Source of the DNA: an uncultured Eubacterium sp. | Lineage (GTDB): Bacteria; Bacillota; Clostridia; Lachnospirales; Lachnospiraceae | DNA length: 64,000 nt | NCBI GenBank assembly: GCA_964450965.1 | Contig: CAYVFF010000009.1 | Span: forward strand, 5,384 to 69,383 | Direction: 5' to 3' | In this document: one piece after another, positions 27,293 to 34,289 of the stretch | How positions within the stretch are numbered: position 1 is the stretch's first letter | Layout of the letters: each line of letters begins with the position of its first letter | Program-made: the position numbers and the translations under genes | Notes under the pieces: model-generated | The model's database searches: none | Told to the model about the DNA's origin: nothing | The model's input: only the letters and a program-made list of their open reading frames with translations

Positions 27293-29626
27293 TGTTTTTT
27301 CCTCCTTTTCTCTCACTCGTTTTTTTGGTTTTATTTTTTTGTCCTTTTTCGCGCTGCTTATGTCGACCAGGTTCAGCCTGAGCGCGTTAGTCACCACGCA
27401 GAAGCTGGAGAGGCCCATCGCCGCAGCGCCGAACATAGGATTCAGCTGCCAGCCGAACAGGGGGATCCACACGCCGGCGGCGAGCGGGATGCCGATGACG
27501 TTATAGATAAAAGCCCAGAACAGGTTCTGGCGGATGTTGCGCAGCGTCGCGCGGCCGAGCCGGATAGCGGCTGGTACGTCCGACAGGCGGTTCTTTACCA
27601 GGACGATGTCCGCCGCGTCTATTGCGACGTCGGTGCCGGCGCCTATGGCAATTCCGAGATCCGCGCATGCCAGCGCGGGAGCGTCATTTATCCCGTCTCC
27701 GACCATAGCGACAGGACCGTCTTTTTGCAGCCTGCGGATCGCGCGCTCCTTTCCGTCCGGCAGCACGCCGGCAATCACCTCGTCCACGCCGGCCTGCGCG
27801 GCGATGGCCCTGGCGGTGCGCTCGTTGTCCCCGGTCAGCATCACGACGCGGATTCCCATGTTTTTCAGCTCGCCGACGGCACGGACGGCATCATCCTTAA
27901 TGACGTCGGCGACCGCGATAAGCCCCATTACCTCGTCGTCGCGCGAGAAAAACATCGGCGTCTTGCCCTCCGCGGAGAGTTCCTCCGCCGTCCGCGCAAG
28001 GGCTGGCGGTATGGATGCCGACTGTCCCACGAAATGCCCATTCCCCCCGCGAAGCCGCATGCCTTCGCAGCTGGCGGACAGCCCGTTTCCGGCCGACGCC
28101 CGGAATCCCTCGACGTCCATGGGCTCGACGCCCGCCTCGGAGGCTTTTTTGATGACCGCCTTAGAGAGCGGATGTTCGCTCATTTTCTCCAGCGAATATG
28201 CCGCGCGCAGCAGCTCCGCCTCGGTGATCCCGGCGGCGGGTATGACGTCTGTCACGGACGGCTCTCCGCGCGTGATCGTGCCGGTCTTGTCAAGTACCGC
28301 CGTGACAGTCCTGCCGGCCGCCTCGAGCGAGGCGGCGGTCTTAAACAGTATGCCGGATTTCGCGCCGACTCCGCTGCCCACAAGGATTGCCACGGGGGTG
28401 GCGAGGCCCAGCGCGCAGGGGCAGCTGATTACGAGCACGGAGATCGCCCGCGCGAGCGCAAATCCGGGGGTCTGCCCCGCTGCCAGCCAGACGACGAACG
28501 TGACGGCCGCTATCGCGATGACCAGCGGCACGAATATGCCGGAGACGCGGTCCGCTATCTTCGCGATAGGGGCCTTGGTCGCCGACGCGTCCGATACCAT
28601 CTTGATAATCTGCGAGAGGGCCGTGTCCGCGCCGACACGCACGGCCTCGCATTTCACGAAGCCCGAGCGGTTTATAGTGGCCGCCGAGACCTGGCTGCCC
28701 GGGGACTTGTCCACCGGGATGCTCTCGCCGGTGAGGGCGGATTCGTCGATGGCGCTCTCCCCCTCCAGCACGGTCCCATCCACCGGGACGCTCTCTCCCG
28801 GGCGCACGATGAAGATATCTCCGGGCTTTACCGTCTCCGCGGGGACGACCCGCTCCTCGCCGTCCACGACGAGCGTCGCCGTCTTCGGCGCGAGCCTGAG
28901 CAGGCTTTTCAACGCGTCTTTCGTCCTGCCCTTCGACATGGCCTCGAGCATCTTCCCGACGCTGATGAGCGTCAGGATCACCGCCGCTGATTCAAAATAT
29001 AATTCATGCAGGTAATGCATCGCGGCCTCCACGCCGCCCTCCAGCTGCGCCCCGGTCATGGCGAACAGCGCGTAGACGCTGTAACAGAATGACGCGCCCG
29101 AGCCTAGCGCGACGAGCGTGTCCATGTTAGGCATTCCATGGATAAGCCCGCGGAATCCGCTTATGAAAAACTTCTGGTTTATCACCATGACGATAGCGGC
29201 CAGCAGCATCTGGGCGAGGCCGATGGCTACCGGGTTGCCGTCGAAAAAGGCGGGCAGCGGCCAATTCCACATTGTATGCCCCATGCTGATATATAGCAGC
29301 ACGACCATGAAGCCTGCGGAAAATATGAGCCTGCGCCGGATGGCCGGCGTCTCCTTGTCGGCGAGCGCGTCCAGCTTTGCCGATGGGCTTTCCGCGGCCC
29401 CGGCGTTTGCCGCGCCTCCTTCTATAGAAGCGCCATAGCCCGCGGCCTCGACGGCGGAGATGACCGCGGATGGGTCTGCCGTGCCCTTGACGCTCATAGA
29501 TTCCGTCAGCAGGCTGACCGCGCATTCGTCCACGCCGGGGACGGCTGAGACGGCCTTTTCCACGTGCGCGGCGCAGGATGCGCAGCTCATTCCGGTGACG
29601 TTATACATTGTCGTTGATAATCCCAT
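27077..29626 (-). CDS. copA: Copper-translocating P-type ATPase CopA with N-terminal HMA domain and an in-frame C-terminal CopZ-like HMA domain
   Basis: GMSCASC, CPC (SCPCALGLATP), DKTGT and GDGINDAP motifs. A second MxCxxC (GMMCGHC) follows the last TM helix. Confidence 0.9.
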   Translation of the reverse strand: MGLSTTMYNVTGMSCASCAAHVEKAVSAVPGVDECAVSLLTESMSVKGTADPSAVISAVEAAGYGASIEGGAANAGAAESPSAKLDALADKETPAIRRRLIFSAGFMVVLLYISMGHTMWNWPLPAFFDGNPVAIGLAQMLLAAIVMVINQKFFISGFRGLIHGMPNMDTLVALGSGASFCYSVYALFAMTGAQLEGGVEAAMHYLHELYFESAAVILTLISVGKMLEAMSKGRTKDALKSLLRLAPKTATLVVDGEERVVPAETVKPGDIFIVRPGESVPVDGTVLEGESAIDESALTGESIPVDKSPGSQVSAATINRSGFVKCEAVRVGADTALSQIIKMVSDASATKAPIAKIADRVSGIFVPLVIAIAAVTFVVWLAAGQTPGFALARAISVLVISCPCALGLATPVAILVGSGVGAKSGILFKTAASLEAAGRTVTAVLDKTGTITRGEPSVTDVIPAAGITEAELLRAAYSLEKMSEHPLSKAVIKKASEAGVEPMDVEGFRASAGNGLSASCEGMRLRGGNGHFVGQSASIPPALARTAEELSAEGKTPMFFSRDDEVMGLIAVADVIKDDAVRAVGELKNMGIRVVMLTGDNERTARAIAAQAGVDEVIAGVLPDGKERAIRRLQKDGPVAMVGDGINDAPALACADLGIAIGAGTDVAIDAADIVLVKNRLSDVPAAIRLGRATLRNIRQNLFWAFIYNVIGIPLAAGVWIPLFGWQLNPMFGAAAMGLSSFCVVTNALRLNLVDISSAKKDKKIKPKKRVREKEEKTMVKTMRIEGMMCGHCEATVKKALEELGGVESADVSHEDGTAVVTLSSDVGDDALKAAVEARDYKVLSVEVA

Positions 29627-29630
29627 GATA

Positions 29631-29933
29631 TCACCTCATTAGTTTCTGGAGCGTGCTTACGAGCTCGTCGACGGTCTCGTCCTTGCCGGCGCGTATGTCG
29701 TCGGCCACGCAGCCCTTTATGTGCGCGGCTAGCAGCTCCTTGATGAATGAATTGATGGCGGCGCCGGCGGCGGATGCCTGCGTAATGATGTCCGTGCAAT
29801 ACTGGTCGCGCTCCACCATGTCTTTCAGCCCGCGTATCTGGCCCTCTATACGGCTCAGCCTGTTGACGAGGCATCTTTTCTCTTCGGCGGTACGTTCCTT
29901 TGTCCTGCAGCCGCCGCAGCATCCGTTTTCCAT
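29631..29933 (-). CDS. csoR: CsoR-family copper-sensing repressor
   Basis: RLSRIEGQIRGL motif plus the conserved Cys/His ligand pattern. Stop codon lies 4 nt before the copA ATG. Confidence 0.9.
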   Translation of the reverse strand: MENGCCGGCRTKERTAEEKRCLVNRLSRIEGQIRGLKDMVERDQYCTDIITQASAAGAAINSFIKELLAAHIKGCVADDIRAGKDETVDELVSTLQKLMR

Positions 29934-29947
29934 AGCGATTCCTCCAT

Positions 29948-29964
29948 ATACCCCCGCAGGGTAT
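29948..29964. promoter_or_regulatory. CsoR operator 1
   Basis: ATACCCccgcaGGGTAT, a GC-tract palindrome of the known CsoR box type, downstream of the promoter -10. Confidence 0.7.
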
Positions 29965-29969
29965 TTACA

Positions 29970-29998
29970 GTATATACCCCTATGGGGTATTATGTCAA
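29970..29998 (-). promoter_or_regulatory. csoR-copA promoter with embedded CsoR operator 2
   Basis: On the minus strand: TTGACA (29998-29993), 16-17 nt spacer, TATATAC. The spacer is occupied by the perfect palindrome ATACCCCtatGGGGTAT (29974-29990). Confidence 0.7.
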
Positions 29999-30040
29999 GG
30001 GTTATGATAAACTTATTTTTCGGGAAAGAAGGTGCGGGCT

Positions 30041-31405
30041 ATGGAGCAGTCGGCCGCTGCCAAGGAAGATGGCCAATACAAAAAGATGACGGAGACGCCG
30101 GTGGAGCGGCTGGTGGCGACGCTGGCGCTGCCATCGGTGGTCAGCATGCTGGTGACCAATATATACAACATGGCAGACACGGCGTTCGTGGGCACGCTGG
30201 GCAACAGCGCGAGCGGGGCCGTGGGCGTGGTGTTCGGATATATGTCAATACTGCAGGCGGTGGCTTTTATGAGCGGGCAGGGCGCGGGGAGCATCATGTC
30301 GCGCAGCCTGGGGCATAAGGATGACGAGACGGCGACGAGGTACGCCTCTACAGGTTTTTTTATGTCATTCTTCCTTGGAGCCGGCATAGGCGCGGCAAGC
30401 CTCATATTTCTGAAGCCTCTCATCTACGCCCTGGGCAGCACCGATACGATTGCGCCCTATGCCGGCACGTATATTTTCTGGATTATACTTGCGGCGCCTT
30501 TTATGTCGTCGAGCCTGACCATGAACAACCTTTTGCGCTACGAGGGACGCTCGAAGCTAGGGATGATGGGCTTGATGGCAGGCGCCCTGCTCAACATCGC
30601 CGGCGACGCCATATTGATCTTCGGATGCGGGCTGGGGGTGGCCGGGGCCGGCATATCCACCGCGGTATCGCAATTCGTCAGCTTCGTGATACTGCTGTCC
30701 ATGTTCCTTACCGGCAGGACGCAGTCCAAGATCCGCATTTCCTGCGCGGACTGGCATCTGAAGACGACCGGGAACGTGGCGGCCACCGGATTCCCCAGCC
30801 TCCTGCGGCAGGGACTCAACAGCTTCGCCACTATATTGCTCAATTCGCGCGCGGCAGTATATGGAGACGCGGCGGTGGCAGCCATGAGCATCGTATCGCG
30901 CATATCGTTTTTCGTGCTGGCGGTGTCTATCGGCATAGGCCAGGGATTCCAGCCGGTGTGCAGCTTTAACTATGGCGCGGGAAAATATGGGCGGGTCAGG
31001 CGCGCCTTTTGGGTCGCGCTCGGCCTTTCGGAGATATTGCTCGTTATCGCGGTAATCCCGGTATTCATTTTCGCGAAGCCCCTGGTGAGGCTCTTCAGAG
31101 ACGATGAGCAGGTTGTGCTCATCGCGGCCCGTGCCCTGAGGCTGCAGGCCCTGGCTCTGCTGACGGTGCCGGCCACCATGGTGACGGAGATGGGATTCCA
31201 GAGCACCGGCCAGAGGGCGCTCGCCACGCTGGCGTCGTCGCTGAGGAGCGGCGTGATATTCATACCCGTGCTGCTTGTCATGTCCAGCCTGCGAGGCCTG
31301 GCCGGCATAGAGGAGGCGCAGCCCCTGGCATACCTTATCACGTTTATTATCTCGCTGCGGCTGGCGGCGATCTTTTTAAAAAAATTGGAGGATAGACAGA
31401 CATGA
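30041..31405 (+). CDS. MATE family efflux transporter
   Basis: MATE N-terminus (LALPSVVSMLVTNIYNMADTAFVG). 12 TM helices. Start taken at the first ATG after the GTG used by the track. Confidence 0.8.
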   Translation: MEQSAAAKEDGQYKKMTETPVERLVATLALPSVVSMLVTNIYNMADTAFVGTLGNSASGAVGVVFGYMSILQAVAFMSGQGAGSIMSRSLGHKDDETATRYASTGFFMSFFLGAGIGAASLIFLKPLIYALGSTDTIAPYAGTYIFWIILAAPFMSSSLTMNNLLRYEGRSKLGMMGLMAGALLNIAGDAILIFGCGLGVAGAGISTAVSQFVSFVILLSMFLTGRTQSKIRISCADWHLKTTGNVAATGFPSLLRQGLNSFATILLNSRAAVYGDAAVAAMSIVSRISFFVLAVSIGIGQGFQPVCSFNYGAGKYGRVRRAFWVALGLSEILLVIAVIPVFIFAKPLVRLFRDDEQVVLIAARALRLQALALLTVPATMVTEMGFQSTGQRALATLASSLRSGVIFIPVLLVMSSLRGLAGIEEAQPLAYLITFIISLRLAAIFLKKLEDRQT

Positions 31406-33114
31406 AATCTGCGAGGGAATTGAGGGAACTGTTAGAACGCATAGACCACCGGGGTTATCCGGCGTACAAGGACGCCGCGGGCGCATGGCGCTTTGACCGC
31501 TATACGCTGTGCATCGACCATGTGCAGTCCGACCCGTTCGCCGCGCCGTCGCGGCTGCACGTCGAGATACCTGCCGCGGTCGCCGGAATGCCGGCCGGGC
31601 TGTATGATACGCCGGAAAAAAAGACCGCGCTGGAGGACCATCTCCTGCGCCTGTTTTATGTGGCGGCCGGAAAATATTCCTTCCAGGCCAGGGGCTCCGG
31701 CAAGAGCGGCGCGATCTTCGTGATGCGCCCGGGGCAGGAGATATTGCGGCGCAGCGCGATGGAGCTGGAGGCGGACGGCGCGCTTACCGCCCGCTTCGAG
31801 GTAGGTTTTCCCGCGAACGGACGGACGATAAATTCCGGGGAGCTGATTAAAATTCTCTACCAATTTCTCCCGCAATGCGTGGAACAGGCGTGCATTTTCC
31901 GGAATATCGATGCCGCATCTGCCCGCGCCGCCGTGCGGCTGGCGGACGACCAGGCCGCCATGCGCAGGCAGATGAAGGAAAGGGGGCTTGTCGCGTTCAT
32001 CGCGGACGGCGCGATACTGCCGCGCGCTTCGGGCGTCTCCGACAAGCCTATGAAAGATGCGGTGGCGTTCCGCTCTCCGGATACGCTGCGCGTCGATTTG
32101 AAAAAAAGCGACGGGACGGTGATTGCCGGCATGGGCGTGCCGCGAGGCATCACGCTGCTCGTCGGCGGGGGCTATCATGGCAAGTCGACGCTGCTTAAAG
32201 CCTTGGAGCGCGGCGTCTATCCGCACGTCGCGGGAGACGGAAGGGAGTACGTCCTGACAGATTCGGACGCGGTAAAGATACGTGCCGAGGATGGCCGTTC
32301 CATATGGCATACCGACATTTCCATGTTCATAGGGAATCTGCCGAATGGCAAGCCTACGTCCCGCTTTGACAGCGAGGATGCCAGCGGCAGCACTTCCCAG
32401 GCCGCGAACGTCGTGGAGGCATTGGAGGCCGGGGCGACGGCGCTGCTGATCGACGAGGATACAAGCGCGACCAATTTCATGATCCGCGACGAACTGATGC
32501 AGCGCGTCATCGCCCGCGACAAGGAGCCGATAACGCCATATATCGAGCGCGTCCGCGAACTTGAGGAGCGCTACGGCGTCTCGACCATCCTCGTGGCCGG
32601 CAGCTGCGGGGCTTATATAGACGTGGCCGATACGATAATACAGATGGACAGCTATCTCCCTTATGATATCACCGCCTACGCGAAAAAACTGGCGGCGGAC
32701 TATCCCGCTGTGGCCAGCGCGGAACCGGCCGCGGCGCCGGGATTTGAACGCCGCCCGTCCCGGCATCCGGACGTATATTACAAGGGGCGCATAAAGACAA
32801 AGGCCCAGGGCCTGGAGACTGTTTCCATCGGCCGCGAGGACGTCGACTTGCGCTACGTCGAGCAGCTGGTCGACCCGGGCCAGCTGAATGCGCTTGCCCT
32901 CGCCCTACGGTACATGGAAGAATCCGGGTTCGATGGCAGGCGGTCCCTGCGCGAACTGGCAGGAAGCCTGGATGCCAGGCTGCGGGGCGAGGGGTTTGCG
33001 GCATTGCTACGGAATGGCGCGCGTACCGGCGATTTGCCGGGGAATCTGGCCATGCCGCGACTGCACGAGCTGCTCGCCTGCCTGAACAGATACCGCAAGC
33101 TCGGCGCGGAATGA
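31402..33114 (+). CDS. ABC-ATPase domain protein (COG3044-type predicted ATPase of the ABC class)
   Basis: N-terminal pattern RGYPAYKD..YTLCIDHVQSDPFAAPS. Walker A-like GGGYHGKSTLL. Walker B LLIDEDTSATNF. Confidence 0.75.
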   Translation: MKSARELRELLERIDHRGYPAYKDAAGAWRFDRYTLCIDHVQSDPFAAPSRLHVEIPAAVAGMPAGLYDTPEKKTALEDHLLRLFYVAAGKYSFQARGSGKSGAIFVMRPGQEILRRSAMELEADGALTARFEVGFPANGRTINSGELIKILYQFLPQCVEQACIFRNIDAASARAAVRLADDQAAMRRQMKERGLVAFIADGAILPRASGVSDKPMKDAVAFRSPDTLRVDLKKSDGTVIAGMGVPRGITLLVGGGYHGKSTLLKALERGVYPHVAGDGREYVLTDSDAVKIRAEDGRSIWHTDISMFIGNLPNGKPTSRFDSEDASGSTSQAANVVEALEAGATALLIDEDTSATNFMIRDELMQRVIARDKEPITPYIERVRELEERYGVSTILVAGSCGAYIDVADTIIQMDSYLPYDITAYAKKLAADYPAVASAEPAAAPGFERRPSRHPDVYYKGRIKTKAQGLETVSIGREDVDLRYVEQLVDPGQLNALALALRYMEESGFDGRRSLRELAGSLDARLRGEGFAALLRNGARTGDLPGNLAMPRLHELLACLNRYRKLGAE

Positions 33115-33140
33115 TTTCGTATAAAAGTTATAAACTTTTC

Positions 33141-33169
33141 TTTGCAAACGCGCCATTTTATGTTATAAT
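33141..33169 (+). promoter_or_regulatory. Sigma-A promoter for GGDEF-helicase-purL
   Basis: TTTGCA, 17 nt spacer, TGtTATAAT (extended -10). Preceded by the AT palindrome AAAAGTTataAACTTTT (33123-33139). Confidence 0.55.
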
Positions 33170-33217
33170 TGCATAGAATCCGGCAAACAATCAACCGCGA
33201 TAAAGGAAACGTTGCGT

Positions 33218-34288
33218 ATGAGGGCACTCGAGACCTACAACAAGGATAGATTGAAAAAGCTGGGCGTTCTGGTCGGCGTCTGCATGAAGTACATGTGGTA
33301 TTGCTATTTCGCGATGAATACCTGCTGGCTTTTGCTTGTCATTATCGCGGGGGATTTTAACTGGGATATGATGATCCAGTGGACGGCGCATATCGCCGTT
33401 ACCGGCATTTTTTGTTGGATATATCAGCTGGTGGTGGTAAAAAAATCGCGCGAAGTGCCGTACCTCGTCGCATATGCGATCCTGAACGTCTTTACGATAT
33501 TGCTGCTGTGCCATCCGTCCGGCCTTATAATATTGGACGGACTGGCGTTCGGCGTCATCGCCACTTATCCGGTCTGGACGGATCAGCACTGGGTGAGGGT
33601 GCAGTCGATTCTTTTCGTCTGCATGTTCGTCGTGCGCCACGTGGCATGGTTTATCATCGGATATAGCATCCCGAAGTACGGGATGCTCATGGAGGCGTTC
33701 GGCATGCTCTGCATCGGCGCGATGCTCGTGCACGATGTGGATTATGTCCATAACCAGACCATGCTGCTCGGCGACGCGACGCGCATGGATGCCGCCACCG
33801 GGCTGTACAATCACGAATGTTTTTACGAGGAATTGGAAAAGCGCATGCGCACCTTTGCGGAGACTCGCGAGGGCGAACGCGAAAACGCGAACTTCTGCCT
33901 GCTGATCGCGGATATCGATAATTTCAAGAGGGTCAACGATACTTACGGCCATGCGTTCGGAGACGAGGTGCTGCTAGGCCTCGCCGAGATCTTCAAGAGC
34001 TATTGCGGCAGCAGGGATTTCGTCGCGAGATACGGCGGGGAGGAATTCGTCATGATCATGGGCGGATGCCACAAGCCGGACGCGGTCACGCGGGCCAATA
34101 CTATCCGCCGCAAATTCGCCGATACGGTTTTCAAGGATGACTCGGGCGCGGAACATCAATTCACGATAAGCCTTGGCGCGGCAGAATATGACAAGCCATG
34201 GGATACCGCGAGCAAATTCTTCGAGCAGGCGGATCAGGCGCTCTACCATGCAAAGAATACCGGAAAGAACCGCGTCTGCTCGTCCTGA
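33218..34288 (+). CDS. Membrane-anchored diguanylate cyclase (GGDEF)
   Basis: N-terminal multi-TM region. DIDNFKRVNDTYGH and the active-site RYGGEEF. Confidence 0.85.
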   Translation: MRALETYNKDRLKKLGVLVGVCMKYMWYCYFAMNTCWLLLVIIAGDFNWDMMIQWTAHIAVTGIFCWIYQLVVVKKSREVPYLVAYAILNVFTILLLCHPSGLIILDGLAFGVIATYPVWTDQHWVRVQSILFVCMFVVRHVAWFIIGYSIPKYGMLMEAFGMLCIGAMLVHDVDYVHNQTMLLGDATRMDAATGLYNHECFYEELEKRMRTFAETREGERENANFCLLIADIDNFKRVNDTYGHAFGDEVLLGLAEIFKSYCGSRDFVARYGGEEFVMIMGGCHKPDAVTRANTIRRKFADTVFKDDSGAEHQFTISLGAAEYDKPWDTASKFFEQADQALYHAKNTGKNRVCSS

Positions 34289-34289
34289 C

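Noticed and set aside
27185-28990. 601 aa plus-strand ORF (and a 493 aa ORF at 27534-29015) lying antisense to copA.
   Set aside because: copA on the minus strand has every P-type ATPase motif. The antisense ORFs are Arg/Gly/Ala/Pro-rich with no motifs or SD, the usual stop-codon-poor antisense frames of GC-rich genes.
34173-34289. Track start of the helicase ORF at 34173, overlapping the GGDEF gene by 116 nt.
   Set aside because: The extension is read out of the 3' end of the GGDEF gene in another frame. The ATG at 34290, immediately after the GGDEF stop codon, begins the conserved nuclease domain.
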